From Eukaryota sp. TZLM1-RC (Eukaryota > Protista > Metamonada: BaSk clade), in NCBI GenBank assembly GCA_040285825.1, contig JAUPSS010000007.1:2640689-2704688 (forward strand): 64,000 bases of DNA. Reading direction: 5' to 3'. The notes under the pieces are model-generated. The model ran no database searches, was not told where the DNA came from, and was given only the letters and a program-made list of their open reading frames with translations. Position numbers and translations under genes: made by a program. Positions 46,999-60,317 of the stretch are shown here, piece after piece (position 1 is the first letter of the stretch; every line of letters starts with the position of its first letter).

Positions 46999-48928
46999 TA
47001 TCCTGCTAAATTTAGAATTCGTGATTTTGTTATAATACAAATTAATTAATTTGCGATCCGAATCATTACACCGCACACAGCACGAACGTCAGTGTTTTCA
47101 ATAGAAAAACAAACTGAAATATCAAGTGCCGAAACTGTAGAAATGGAGGCAGAGACAAAAGTGTTGAAGCACTAAGCAGAAGGAATGCATCGATTATGAA
47201 AATCAACAGTTAAGGGCTGACTAATATACACACTTTCCCTTTTGATAAAGCCAACGGTTACCAACACTAGACAGATGAGAGAGAAAGGAATGAAGCAATT
47301 TTTTTCAAAAATCACCTTCCCTTTTTCGAAAGCTGTGATTGTCGCCTTCCCTTTTTGGAATCCCTGTTTGGATACATTTTTAACCTCAAATCTATTCATC
47401 TCACTGTTTCCAAGAACACATCATCCTATTGAGTGATTCCATACCACTGAAACTGAGCGTTGATTGATTTGACAAGGAAATGTGGGTAATTATTGTTGTG
47501 ACCAGGTTATTACAGCAATAAACTTAGAAATACAATAATAGAAACGGTAAGAACCAGTAAAGCAAACCACAATGACAGCAGGTAATAAGGAGAGAAATGT
47601 AAGAGCTAACATCGTTGACTGTGAAAGAGAGCACAATTGGTAATGCACGCTGGAAGTCATAAAATAGATAGGAGAAGAGCCACAGAATCTTTGAAACATA
47701 TTGAGATGCACATCCTGTTAGGGGCATTTGAATGTATTGAGGGATTAGAGCACGGACGTACAACACCATGAACAGAGAACAACTGAGTGAGACCCGAATG
47801 TAGAAAATAGCTTAATAGGGATCAACAACCATGTATTAGTTCTTTTAATTACAACAGGCTTGACAATAAATGAAGAAGGAACCTGTACATTGATCAGGGC
47901 TAACCAGTGGGGTAAGCTACTTTAAATTGGTTATTTTTCAAACAAGCACTGACAGAGATGATGATTTCATAACGTCATTGGACGCTGAGTCAACGTTAAA
48001 TCGTGTAACATTCTCATCCTGCAAGAAACCGCGTGACAGATACAAAATTTGAACGATTTTGTCTGAACTATTGGTCATGTTCAATCAGTACATGATGAAT
48101 CATGATTGAACACTATGTTAAAGTCGAATACTCGGCAAAATCCCTGAAATCAATTCAATAGTGGAATGAAGATACTGATTTGAAATTTTCGTAAACTCAA
48201 CCAACAATTAAACCAATGAACAACATTTTACTATATCACTGAACAAGATTTCCTCTGATTAGCAGTGCTTAGAGATAGGGTTTTCTACAAAGTTGTTGCA
48301 AGAACCAATGTCATGGCTCAGTTTCTACACTGTACATTGCATACTGTACTGAGACAATGACTATAACTCAACACTAAAATACACTTTATTATACTATGTG
48401 AAGTTTTGTCTCAGTATTTAACGGTTTTGAATCAAGCAGGATCCAATTTACAATCACTACTTATATTGACTTTAAATCTAAAAGACCACGTTCCGACACT
48501 TGCCATGTTAGTAACATTATCACCGCTGAGTCTCCTTGATGTTGTTTGAAGTTCATAAGATCCTATGAAGTTCTTTCACCATAACACATGAAGGAAACAG
48601 TATAAAAATAATTAACATTGGAGTAACCAAAAGTTGATTATTCCTCTGGTTAGGGTTAGGGTTATTGTTACTCAAACCCCAATTCTTTCTTTCTCTCTAT
48701 AGCTGTACAGAAAATAAATTAAATCTGTTACAATTTGCAAATGAATGGTGGTTTCTGAACCTTTAATACAATCGAAAAAGTACATCAAACAAATATTGTT
48801 ATTATGATAATCATCAAAATGTATATCATTGACAAAATATACGATACAAATATTATCTTTGAGACAAAATAAAATTCAAAATACAAGTAATTTATTAACA
48901 AAACCAAGCAGTAAACAAAGAACAATTT

Positions 48929-49375
48929 CTACTCTGATTCAGAAACATCAAAACTAAGGTCCAATTTCTCAAGCTTGGGTACCGAAATCGTAAAACCTAG
49001 TGCTGAACTCGACTGCATGGAGCAAGTTTGTGTTGCTTTGGGTGGTGTTTGGGGCATGGTTTCTTCAGTTCGTTTGTCATATGATAGCGTTGAAGAGGAA
49101 AGGTCGTCCTTCTCCTGGACGAGAGATGAAGCTACCTTGCGTAGAAATGGAGACTTGAAAGGATATGTTGACGGTGTGGACTTTGTAGAATTCAGGGATT
49201 TAGATGTGGACATGGAGCTGAAACGAGGGGAATACTCAAGTGGCCTAGATGAACTGAATTTATTATTAGTAGATGAGAGTTTGTTTGGTGTTTTGGGATA
49301 AGTATGATGTAGTTGAGGTGACAGTCGTGACTTACGGATGTAGACATCATCAACAAGGTCTTCAAAATCGTCCAT
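48929..49375 (-). CDS. Hypothetical Ser/Pro-rich protein
   Basis: ORF from MDDFEDL, with higher GC than its flanks and an AT-rich 3' region. Confidence 0.55.
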   Translation of the reverse strand: MDDFEDLVDDVYIRKSRLSPQLHHTYPKTPNKLSSTNNKFSSSRPLEYSPRFSSMSTSKSLNSTKSTPSTYPFKSPFLRKVASSLVQEKDDLSSSTLSYDKRTEETMPQTPPKATQTCSMQSSSALGFTISVPKLEKLDLSFDVSESE

Positions 49376-49804
49376 TCTCTTATCAAAGTGTAATAAAAAA
49401 AGTTCTGTACGTGCAAGCAAAAGGTGTGGAGTTAATAAAGAGAAAGATGTATTTAATTGCTTTTTTGGAATTTAGAATTAACAGTTTCAAAAGTCATTTA
49501 AATAGACCTTTTGACCAGCCAATTCGAACACATGAGTGTCTCAATTTTTGGATTTTAGATACTGTAATCAGCCAAATACAAGCCAGACCCAAATACAATT
49601 CCATAAATGTGCCACATCTCAGCTTTAAGGGTTCAATTGGCATAAAGGTGTTACTATTATAGTCCTCTAACAGTCATTCAGAGCATTATCATGTAAAATC
49701 TTTTGTGATGTGAAAAATTCAAGTGCTTTATTTTTCCACAAACTGATGATACTTTCATAACATTGATTGTACTTATTTGATTCATTCAACAACAAATATG
49801 AAAA

Positions 49805-51620
49805 CATAAAATACACAATTAAAACTCCACATCCTCAAAACCTGCCTCCCCTACATCAAAACAATTAATTGCCAAAGATTCAGAAAATTTCCCACAAGAA
49901 GACAGTGAATCAGAAATCAGTTTTACCATTCCCTTGAAAAAAGAAAATACAATCCTGTTTTGCCAGTAAACACGATTGAAAATTCTTCCAGTTCTTTCCT
50001 TTACAACTACAACAAAATCCTCAAGGAAAGCCATAGCAGCCTTACCCAAAGATCCAAGCAAAGAAAAAACAAAGGGACATAAATTATATTGAGCATGAGA
50101 ATTTGCATTAATTGAGGAAATGGGTTTCGCATATTTAGCAATTTTATATTTTTCGCCTGCAAGAAGAGGATTATTTACATCCGAGTTAATCAGATGTTCG
50201 TTAGAGGAATTACAAGGGTCAATAGACATGGCGTCTAAAATAGTAAAACTACCATTTAAACCAGGAACAACTAGATCACCTCTTGTCAGACCCATAGAAA
50301 CTCTGTTGTAACGGGTACTATCAATATTGGGATCATCAAGAATTAATTTTGATAACAGCGGTTCTAAAAAGGAATCTACTCGATATGATTTGCACATTAC
50401 AAAAATTTGGTCCCTGATGTTATTATGTACTTTGCTTCTCAATGTAATGACATGTTTACAGTTCAAAAGATGAGTAAACAAAAGAGGTTTACCACATTTA
50501 CAAGTTAAATGATTGGGCAAATTTTGGCCACAGAAAACAACGAAAACGCATGTTTAAAAGCCATTCATTGTTTTTCAACAAAAGTCCATAAACATTGGGA
50601 ATTCGAATTACTAAAGCAGCAGCAGAGCTATCACGAATATCCTTTAAAAGATTACCGAAAGCGGGATTTTTAGTTTTGGCCAAGCCAAGTCTTACTTCAT
50701 AATCCAAGCCTTCATAAAATTTAACTAGATGGTGCTGAAGCTTTCTCAAGCAAAAACGTAAATTTGGAAGTGATCGGGTGGGAATTTCGTAAATATTTTG
50801 AGGAAAACACTGAATCCAGATATCACTAGGCAAATTATTTAATTCAATTTGAAGTTGATTCAAATAAAAATTAGATTCACCATGGATCAGATGAACACCA
50901 TAAGGAAACCTTTGAAAAAATTCAAAAACAAAATTTTTTCCACCTCCTAAAAAAGCTGCTTTACATAAAATCGAAGATTTCGTGAGACCAATTCCACCTA
51001 AATCAGCAGAACAAAAAACATGACTTCGAATTAAAGATTCATTTACCTCCAATAATGAGGAAAATAATTTGACCCGAAGTTTGTTGAAAGATCTACAAAA
51101 ATCAAGAGATACTGAAGGAGGAGTTGATCTTAAAATGTGAGTGAATTTACCAGAATAACAAATCTTTAAAATAAAAAATTTGATGTGTTTTTCAATATCA
51201 TATTCAGCAAAAAAACTAAAATCCTTGTCAAAATTTTCCAATAAATTGTTCAATTGGGAATAATTTCGTCCAAATTACCTAACCAACATCCAAGAAACTT
51301 GAACGCTTGTTGTTCATAATTAATGAAAGGAATTTGAACATCATCAATCAATAATGATTGTTTTGTTCTTCCAATTAAGAGACATTTTGCGGGATTCAAG
51401 GCTAATCCAATGTCTTTGTATTTCGCAGCAATGACTTCAGAAACCCTACAAATGCTTTCATAAGACCCAATAATCGAAATGTCATCCATAGAAGCAACAA
51501 TACGTAACTCAGGGAATTCTTTCTGGGTCATTTCAATAGTATTATGAATAGCCAAACAAAAAAGCAATGGACCAAGAGAATCACCTTGTTTGACACCAGA
51601 AGAAGATTCTAGGGTAAACT
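49805..51620 (-). mobile_element. CRE-like retrotransposon family A, 5'-truncated within RT, two frameshifts
   Basis: SSSGVKQGDSLGPLLFCLAIH, ASMDDI, FKFLGC, GGIG, CKCG...HLLNC and RGDLVV...ILD...EKYK. Confidence 0.92.
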
Positions 51621-51938
51621 TTCTTTTCATACTGCGTCTCCATCAGTCTCGATATTATACATATATACAGGGAACGATTTGAATAATGTTTGTTGATCTT
51701 GTTCGTTAATCTGGATGTTCAACACAATGATCGATCAATATCAGTATAATGTACTGGTGGATAAGCTAGATCTTTCAAACTGTAAGTCAATTGAAGTTCC
51801 CCAGGTAATGTAAGTTTGATTAATTGTTAAATTAATTGAATCGTTCAAACTGATCAAAAAGAAGTGATGGTAACTGCCCAAAAAAGAAAATAAATAATAA
51901 TGTTTAAAAAAATACTATTTATAATATTAATAAAAAAA

Positions 51939-52940
51939 CTATTCACTCGCAGAATCCAAATCTAAATCTCCCTCGCTTTCTTCATCCTCCTCCGTCTTCT
52001 GCTCATCTACTTCCTGATGTTCTTCTTCATGGTCTTGCTTCTTTTCTTCCTTCTCAGACTCCTTTGACTCCGATTTAGTTTCTAAAGCTTTCAATTCCTT
52101 ATGAATCTCCTCTATTTTTGGTAAAATCTCACTCATTAGCTCGGTTTTTTGCTCAATATCCATATCACCTTCTTCAACCTCCTGAGCAAACCCCATTAAC
52201 TTAACCAATTCTTCATTTAACAATTTTTTCCTTTCCTCTCCTTCATCAACAACAACCTTTTTGGGGACACTAGCTGCTATTTTATGTACCCTCTTCTTTG
52301 GTGGTATACTTGGGTGCGGTGGGTGCGGTCCTGAGCTCGTTGATTCTTTTGTTTCTCCCATATATGTTAGTGTAACATTACATCCCTTTATCCATTGTTT
52401 GCCGTGTTCAAATGCAGATTTTGCTGCATTTTCGTTAGAAAAGTGGATAAAACAATTATTTTTCCTAATAGAGACATTCACAATTTCCCCAAATGGATCA
52501 AAGTGCCTAGCAAGTGTGGAGATTTTCAAAACATGAGATGGACAATTACTGACAACTAGCCTAGTGGGATTATACTGCGGTCTTTCATCAGGAGACAGGC
52601 TACCCCTCCTTCTTTTTCTTCTGTCATAGTCTCGCCTCGATTCCTTTCTTGGTTCAGGACGCCATTGAGGAGCTGAGTGTGAGAGTCCTCCTGTGGGGGC
52701 GGGCTCTAGGAGACGTTGGAGGTAGTCCATGAACCGAGCAGTGAGCGCTGGATCTATTTGTATGTCTGTACTGAGAGCATCTGTGAGAGTGCTATGTGCT
52801 TCTTCTACTGACTGAGCACGATCCAGAAGAGCTAGAACGTAGTCAATGATAGAGTTGGGGTCTGATATCCGAACTTTAGTCAGTTCATCAAAAAGAAACT
52901 GTTTTATAGCGTACTGGTCTATGCGCTGGAGAATGGACAT
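51939..52940 (-). CDS. PWI plus RRM RNA-binding protein (RBM26/27-like)
   Basis: N-terminal PWI-like DPNSIIDYVLALL, an R/D-rich linker, RRM TRLVVSNCP...LARHFDPFGEIVNV...CFIHF...AKSA, then a coiled coil and acidic tail. Confidence 0.75.
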   Translation of the reverse strand: MSILQRIDQYAIKQFLFDELTKVRISDPNSIIDYVLALLDRAQSVEEAHSTLTDALSTDIQIDPALTARFMDYLQRLLEPAPTGGLSHSAPQWRPEPRKESRRDYDRRKRRRGSLSPDERPQYNPTRLVVSNCPSHVLKISTLARHFDPFGEIVNVSIRKNNCFIHFSNENAAKSAFEHGKQWIKGCNVTLTYMGETKESTSSGPHPPHPSIPPKKRVHKIAASVPKKVVVDEGEERKKLLNEELVKLMGFAQEVEEGDMDIEQKTELMSEILPKIEEIHKELKALETKSESKESEKEEKKQDHEEEHQEVDEQKTEEDEESEGDLDLDSASE

Positions 52941-53550
52941 CAGCTAATCGCACAAAAATGTTAAAGAGTGGTAGATTATTGAAGGAAATGTTGAGTGGAT
53001 TTTTGTGGAGATGAAATTCCCACTGTTTCAAAATCAGTTGTAATACCTTTGAAATTCTGTTGATCCCATCTGAAGAGTTTCTGTCTCTTTATTTTCAATG
53101 CCCTTCACATTTGACATGCTTTTAAATACACAGGATGACTTCCGTACACTAAATGTGCGTGCTTTCGAGGACACCAAGGCCAGAGCTGTTTGGACGTGCT
53201 TCGAAGTAAATGATTGAACCTCTCATGAAATCAAATCGCAATCAACATAATGAATTATTAAATTACGAGTTTAATATTGAGGTTTTTAAAGAGTAGTTCA
53301 AAATTGCTTTACCATTTTACCATTTTTTAATTCCGTAGTAATGAGCATTACAAATTAGATTCTCAAAAAATGCATTGTTTTCTTTATTCCAAAACCGTTT
53401 TTCACCAAGCAGAACCATCAACAAACTCTTACTAATTACACCAGTATGTGATACTAAAGAAGACTATCGTTATTTAAGACTCATAAAATAATTTATGTAA
53501 TGAACACAGTTCAAATAAAGTTTAAATAAAGTGTATTTCAGTAGTTTTAG

Positions 53551-54862
53551 AATGATGACTTTAGATATACAGAAACATATCAAATTTACCATTATATGAC
53601 TGTGTTTTAGTTCCAAGTTTAATCATATATTTCGATCTACAAATCCTCTCGTCACTAGACCTTTGGCTCAGAAGTTTAATGAGTTGAGTGCAAAAGTTTT
53701 GTCACAATTACTGGGATGTAAAATGTTCCAAATTCCAGACCATGCTTATCTTAGTCCACATTATGGCGGTTTAGGTTGGACGAAGGCTTCTATTCTTACT
53801 TCGTGTGCTTTTATTAGTGGATGCAGAAATGCAATTTTTGAGTTTTCCGAAAGATTTGCAGATTGTTAAGATCTATTGATGACAACGCAAAGTTCCACTG
53901 TTTTTGCATTAAATGAAAAAATTTCAAAAATTGATGTAGAAAAATGGAGTCAATGCTTTTCCCCAATCATTCAATGGTAATTTTCCAGAAAAGAATTTGT
54001 TTTAAATTTAAAATACACACTTCGAACATTACAGAAACGATTGACTAGAATGTATGAAAATGATCTTTATAATAATATATGCAGCTCGGCTATTTTAAAT
54101 CAAGATCTTCACTCATTGTTATTGGAAAAGGGTGTTTGTGAAATTAATTCATCAGACTCTTCACTTTTTGTCACCATTGTACCACGAAGTTTTGGACTGT
54201 GAGCTACTGATGAAGTGTTTATAACAAAAGTTTGTGAGATTATATTTGAATATCCCCATTAATCAATTATTATCAACAGAAAAATGTATTTGTTTGAATT
54301 CACAAAGTGTATCAAAGAGTCCCTGCTGAAGGAAACACTTTCTCTGAATAATTTTGGTTCTGATGATAGAGGTGATGTATACTGTGATTGGATTGATAAT
54401 TCTGAAGCTATTGTTGACTTTGTCTCATGTCATGTTGCAAATGATACTTTGGTTCACAGAAGAAAACTTAATCCTGTGGCTGCTCTGGATTTTAATGCAA
54501 CAGAGAAACATAGAAAATATGATAAAGATATTGAAGAGGCTAATGTCGATAGAAATACACAGCTGGTTTTTATTGCTTTCCCATTTTCGAAAAATGGAAG
54601 ATTATCAGTTGAAGCAGAAACTTTTTTGAATGACTTCCAAAAAATGGTGCAAGAAAAAACAATGAGAAGATTTGATATATTTTTATGGCGTTCACGGATT
54701 CAATTTGCCATTATTAATAGATTACCTCGGATTTTCAATCGAATAAGAGAAGCTTTAGCTAGACAGCAAGCAGATCAAGATTTTGTAGAGGAAATCTTGG
54801 TTCAATGATAGTCGTCCCATTAGTTATGAGTTAATTTAATTAAGGTTGCATGTTCAATAAAT
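53551..54862 (+). mobile_element. CRE-like family C, 5'-truncated copy with an internal deletion
   Basis: Colinear with 19420-20830 but lacks the HALNC...ARIS segment; same 3' end. Confidence 0.92.
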
Positions 54863-55158
54863 ATTAATGGTTTAGTAGTTATAGCATTGTTTGTTCAAAC
54901 CAACAATTTACAACACACCTATGAATTCAATCATTCTCACTCAAACGCGACCATAATGTTGTTCTTCATATGCATGGGACACTAACATATAACATTCAAT
55001 CCTTTAAGATTTAGTGATATGTACAACTTGTTCTAATAAATGTCATGTTGGAAGCACATGTAAATGGTGGAGATAGATCAGTATACTTATAGAGAGCAAA
55101 AGTTGAAGGTTCAAATAAAGGGTAAAAATCTGTCAAAGGGATTATAAATGTCGACTTG

Positions 55159-56298
55159 TGATACCGTTAGGCAGAAATACCAAAGATGAAAAGAAGAAAA
55201 AAGAGCTTTATAAATAGAAATACTTGTTTTTGAACAAGTGCCACGTCATCATGTAAATTCCTCATCTCTCTGACAAGTTAGTTTATCAGTAACAAGAACA
55301 TTGCTTCTTCCCATTTTCTTTCAACAGTTTCGTAAACCATTTAGCATAATGAAGATAGGGGATTTGTGAGATACTGAGGCACGTGGTGTAAATGATTTAC
55401 TTCGTGGTTAACTTTTGAGGGACAATCACGAGCTAGATGACCTTTCTGATGACATTTGAAACATGTCCCGTCAGTCAAATTGCGAGACCTGTGGGACGAA
55501 CAAGACTTCATACCAGCTTGACGCACAGGGTCAGTATTTTCAGAAACAGTCTTTGAAGACCTGTTCCAAGAAACTACTCGCGTGCAATCAAGTAGTTCAT
55601 TCTCTGCGGTATTTACTCATGTAGGAAAATCGGGGAATACCTCGTCCCGAATTCGAGAAATCAGAGATTTCTGCAGTCCTAATGGAAGAATACCCTTGGC
55701 GAATCTGATCATGAAGGCTGAGTCAGGCAATTTCAGTCCGGAAGCCCTGCTTTTCGCTTGAAAAAAAAATGTCTCAAGTAGCAGGACATACGTTAACAGA
55801 CGTCGCCCTTACGGACATCAACCTTCAACTTAGACATCACCAAGTTAAATTAGTCGTACGAGGAAAACGAGATGGAGGATCTCAAATGATCCAGAAACAC
55901 CTCATCGGATGAATCAACCCCAGGTCTTGTGAGAACCAATGATTCTAACAAGAAGGGGTCAACGAGGAGCCTTGCTGGAACAAGGTCCTTCTTCGGTGTA
56001 ACAGAAGAGTACACCTTCCACTGTTGTAGGAACAACAGAACATCATCCACTTCCATAGAAGCAAGGGACGGATGTAGTACGCGAGTTGATATCATCTGCA
56101 ATGAGGGCCAATAATTATTGATGCCGTTAGGCAGAAATACCAAAGATGAAAAGAAGAAAAGAGAGCTTTATTCTTTATTATTATTATTTATTATTATTTT
56201 TATTTTTTTTTATTTATTTTTTTGTTCTTGAACAAGTGCCACGTCATCATGTAAATTCCTCATCTGTCTACCAAGTTAGTTTATCAGTAACAACAACA
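55159..56298 (-). mobile_element. Small non-autonomous gag-only LTR element (TRIM/TR-GAG-like), 1140 bp
   Basis: LTRs at 55159-55300 and 56119-56298 with TG...CA ends, and a CTTG target-site duplication (55155-58 and 56299-302). PPT at 55301-55320. Internal broken gag ends in the knuckle CFKCHQKGHLARDC. No pol. Confidence 0.88.
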
Positions 56299-56419
56299 CT
56301 TGTGAGAGTCTTGATTCTGACCAACATGTTGAGCATTTACGAACCCTATATTCTTCACATTATTGTCAAAGAATCCTATTCTTTCAGAAAGATTGATGTT
56401 TTCTTGTAGGTCTTGCTCA

Positions 56420-56830
56420 TGTTGACTGACACAAGAACTTTCACAAAAAGAACTGTCGACAATAGAAGTGTGAGAAAATTGAAGCCCCCCCCCCCCAGAA
56501 CCAAGTTGAAGGTTAAAAACCTAGCAGAACAGGCATCCAGAAGTCAAAAATGGGGTTACAAGTGTAATATTTGATAGGTGAGCCCTTTATTCTCAAACTC
56601 AAAAAAGTTTCGTTTGATAGTGCTAGTGAATGTAGGACCTGCGGAGACTGACTTGAGGTTGGAGAGTGGGAGTTTGAGGAGGGAGAGTACAATAGGGGGA
56701 CTAGAAACAAAGATTTTGTTGTGTGAGTTGCTACCTGTGCCATAAAGTTCGCCAGATTTGGTGAGAATGAGTGTATGTGTTGAAGAAGAAACTGCTCTGA
56801 AATGGCTCGATGAGGGTTGACCCATGCTGA
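56420..56830 (-). pseudogene. RCC1-repeat gene fragment
   Basis: FRAVSSSTHTLILTKSGELYGTGSN...LPLSNLKSVSAGPTF resembles the family at 1-1353; the frame is broken downstream. Confidence 0.6.
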
Positions 56831-57638
56831 TCAATCTTTATACTAATACTCTAAACAATCTTTCCCACACTGTCTAATCGTTGCAGTACCATTTTCTGCA
56901 ATTATCATGATTATGACAGTACGTAATCCTGTACATGTTTAGAGCACTGTTAACATTCCTATCCCAATAGACGCCATATTCACTGTTTTGACAGTGTAGC
57001 AGGTTATGGCATACGACTAAATTGACAGCGTCTTTTTAGATTCCAATTTTGTTGAAGTTCTTGAATTTTGTTTTCAAGATTTTGAATAGAATCTTCACTA
57101 CTTCTTTACTCATAATTCTTCATTGAAAAAAGTGGCTCTTATATAGGAAAATTGTTTCTTGTTTTTTTGTTTCTAGGGTTTTTTGGGAAAAAAGAATTCA
57201 ACTCTTGCTCCCAATCCAACCCTTGTGTTATTGTATATGCTTGTTTCTTTATCTATTTTATAGCATTTTGGATGGTGATTTCTCTGCTTCTTTGAGGAGC
57301 AGAGAGTCTCTTAAAAGTAAATGTATTTACAATCAAATTTCATCATGATATAGGGCAAAAAGCACAAGCCGGTTCAGCAAACCCAAACCTTTATCCCTTA
57401 TTTACTGGGTTCAAATTATAATAGAGAGTATACTTGCCGTTAACAATGCTTCTAAAATTAAACCCAACTTGTATATTCCAAAAAATGACACAACAAGCAG
57501 CTGTGGACGAAATATGGTTTGGATATGGCCTTTGCTTTAGAGCTGGTTTTTCAACCAATTCAAGATGGTATCTACAACTGAGTTTACAGGATTTCCGGCA
57601 CAGTTACTGTAAACTTCGCTTTACAATCCCCAATCTCA

Positions 57639-57896
57639 ATGGTGCGCACTCGAAGCATGGTGAAAACAGAGTTGAAAACCGAATCACAGCCTTCATCCAC
57701 TCGTAAATCATGTCCAAAACGAACAACCAAACGAAAATACAACCTATCGATCTCAGACGAACACACACAACGAGTTTTGTCATATTACATTAGTGTTGAT
57801 CTTACCCATAAACAGATTGCCTCAAAAATAAAGCTGCCAGTTTCTGAAGTTGAACAACGGATAGCAGAACTCAGTAACGAAGAGGTTGCTGGGTAG
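57639..57896 (+). CDS. Small basic protein with possible helix-turn-helix
   Basis: LTHKQIASKIKLPVSEVEQRI fits an HTH pattern and follows a basic stretch. Short ORF; weak evidence. Confidence 0.4.
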   Translation: MVRTRSMVKTELKTESQPSSTRKSCPKRTTKRKYNLSISDEHTQRVLSYYISVDLTHKQIASKIKLPVSEVEQRIAELSNEEVAG

Positions 57897-58116
57897 ATAT
57901 GGCTGATGGTGTTTGTTAAGTTGCGATTTCTTAGTAAAAGAATCAAGAAAACAAAAAATTTGGACAACTTGGACTACTTTTATTTGTATTTTTAGTTTTA
58001 AAACGATTGAATCAAGCGTTATACAACTAAAAAAATCTATAACAAGCATTGAAATTATTATTATTTTTCAAAAAAATATATCAATAAAGCTGGAGATATT
58101 TGATAAACAACCCAAC

Positions 58117-58893
58117 TCACTTACCATCATTTAATAAATTCATGAAAAACGAAGACGCCACATCTTCTCCTTTTCCTCTTTCATTCCAAAGATCTCGTAA
58201 CCAATCATCCTGTGATTTGATAGTTTCCTTAATACTTGACTTTGAAGATTTGATTATCTGGTCGAGCTCATTCTGCACTGTTTTGATCTTTTTTCGTCTG
58301 TCATCTACTGACAATTCCGGTATCAAAGAAGCACAAATTAATTCTAGAGAATCTGCATTTGGTTGTATCAATAACTCCATAAAGTTGAATGATGACTTCA
58401 TAGAAAGTTCCAGAATCACACCGTTTATGTTTGAATTTTGTAAATTAAAAAAAGTTTTTGAAAACGAAATTAAACCTACATTATATTCTAAAGCAAATAA
58501 TCTTAATTTCAAAAGAAATTGGCTCACATCTCCAACCTTTGTCATGTTGAAATCTTTCAACGACAAAGTTATGTAAATCTGGGAATTCGGTAAATGTTGC
58601 TTCATAACCTCAATCCACCAATGGAGAGATGAATAGTCAACTGAAGAGCCTCGGTCGGAAGTTGCACATAGGAAAACCTTGTGTGTGGTGTTTGTTATTA
58701 TTGGGATGTGGAAGGGTGATGTAAGAGAGTATATGTAAAAAAGACGAGATCCATGCTGTACATAACGGCAAGATGGACCAGTAGATGGTGTATAAGACGA
58801 ATCAGGTTGAAGTAAAGAAGAGGTTAGTAAGGCGAAAGAAGAAGTGGGGTCCCCACAGACTAGGACTGTTGAGCTGTTATCCTCAGGATTCAT
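58117..58893 (-). CDS. Hypothetical protein, possibly a degenerate P-loop/GTPase-like fold
   Basis: First ATG (MNPEDN) at 58893. VLVCGDPTSS follows an N-terminal beta strand but lacks GK[ST]. Confidence 0.55.
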   Translation of the reverse strand: MNPEDNSSTVLVCGDPTSSFALLTSSLLQPDSSYTPSTGPSCRYVQHGSRLFYIYSLTSPFHIPIITNTTHKVFLCATSDRGSSVDYSSLHWWIEVMKQHLPNSQIYITLSLKDFNMTKVGDVSQFLLKLRLFALEYNVGLISFSKTFFNLQNSNINGVILELSMKSSFNFMELLIQPNADSLELICASLIPELSVDDRRKKIKTVQNELDQIIKSSKSSIKETIKSQDDWLRDLWNERGKGEDVASSFFMNLLNDGK

Positions 58894-58959
58894 TATTCGA
58901 GAAATTGTCAATAACAAGGAAATAAGTGTTTGTAGTTTAAAAAGTTGAAAGGTCAAGTT

Positions 58960-59544
58960 CAATGTTAGAATTCCGAACGTTCGCTGAACTAGTGTTTGTT
59001 CATTTACACGTGTCAATGCAGTTTTGTTTAAAAATGTTTTCCCAACTCCCTATTTCAACTACTACAATAGATTTCATTGTTTAAAAATCTGTATTCATAC
59101 ATAAATCCCCTTCTTTACATCAACTTTCTTCAATACCAAAGCACCCTTGTATACAAACTTCTAGATAACGGTAATTACGATAAAGTGTCCAAAAATATTA
59201 CTTCACAGTGCCGCTGCTGCAGTAAAATGCTAAAAGGTTCAGCCCGTCGCTTTTCCTCCCATTTCATTAAGGAGTATAGAGCTGGATATGCCTTATGTAT
59301 TCAATTATCCACCATTTCTATCAAGGATATAAACATTGTCCTAGGTTAATGACCTAGATTTAGATGTTGTAGGACTTTCTGAATAAAAGTTTACTTTGTT
59401 GGTTGATAGTGAGTATAATAGTATAAGGAAGGATGAGATCTACAGCGTTTTGATACTAATGAATCAAAACGAGATGCCGAACTAACCGAACATATCAGTA
59501 GGTGCCGAACGTTCGGTCGAACTAGTTCAGTAATTCTAACATTG
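58960..59544 (+). mobile_element. Internally deleted hAT-like DNA transposon (585 bp)
   Basis: Perfect 13-bp TIR CAATGTTAGAATT / AATTCTAACATTG with subterminal CCGAACGTTCG and CTGAACTAGT blocks at both ends. Internal BED-finger-like CRCCSKMLKGSARRFSSHF...C. No 8-bp TSD seen. Confidence 0.7.
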
Positions 59545-60317
59545 TTGTGAGGTGCTAATTATGTGAATCACCATTCCCATTCCGATTCCCAGTTAATTTC
59601 CAAAATGTCCTTTACATCATCTCTTCTCATGACACGCACTTGTGAACTGTTACCGAAGCCTCCCACCCTTCTTCTTCACCTGTTTATATTTCAGTGCTTA
59701 ATTCCGTACCATTCAAGTTTTCCTTGGAGCGATGAACGTTAATCAATACATCCAAAGAGTCTATGATTTACTTCTTTACAACGTTAGGGATGTTCAACAA
59801 GGAGAGAAACCCTGAAATACGAACAGAGATTTGAACAATAACTTTACCATATTGAATAATGTTAAAAGATGTACTTTATCTCGTTAAAATTTGAATAGAT
59901 TAAATAAAAACCATAAACTTTATTTGTTTTCAATATCATTACTCATTAATTCTATTGTGGAGCATAAAGCGTCCTTAGAATTTGAACGACTGTCCAAATT
60001 TCACCTGATCACTGAAGCCAAAATATCTCGCTGACTAGTGACACCAAAAATTGTACCAAGATTGTGGTCGATAAAAAATTAAGCAAGAATAGACTAAGTA
60101 TACTGTGAAACATCTCCTTCGATCTCTTCTAATTTTGTGAAGCCAAATGGAAAATATTTGAAGTAGTCTCACTCTATTGGTCGTGAATCAGTTTTCTCAC
60201 TATGAGAGAGTTGCATCTAGTGTTTTTGTTTTGGGAAAGATGTATTTTTTAAATGTTGATTTATAAGTTTTCAATAAAATTTAATAAAAAAGGAATAGTT
60301 TTTTTAAAAAACTTGAA

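Noticed and set aside
47172-48110. Possible multi-exon membrane protein gene on the minus strand
   Set aside because: Hydrophobic short ORFs are present, but I could not build a consistent spliced model or recognise a family.
48648-48664. GGTTAGGGTTAGGGTTA interstitial telomeric repeat
   Set aside because: Fewer than three units and no associated rearrangement visible; chance occurrence cannot be excluded.
58894-59016. N-terminal extension of ORF 58117..59016
   Set aside because: It starts at a non-ATG codon and runs into the TIR element; the ATG at 58893 is more plausible.
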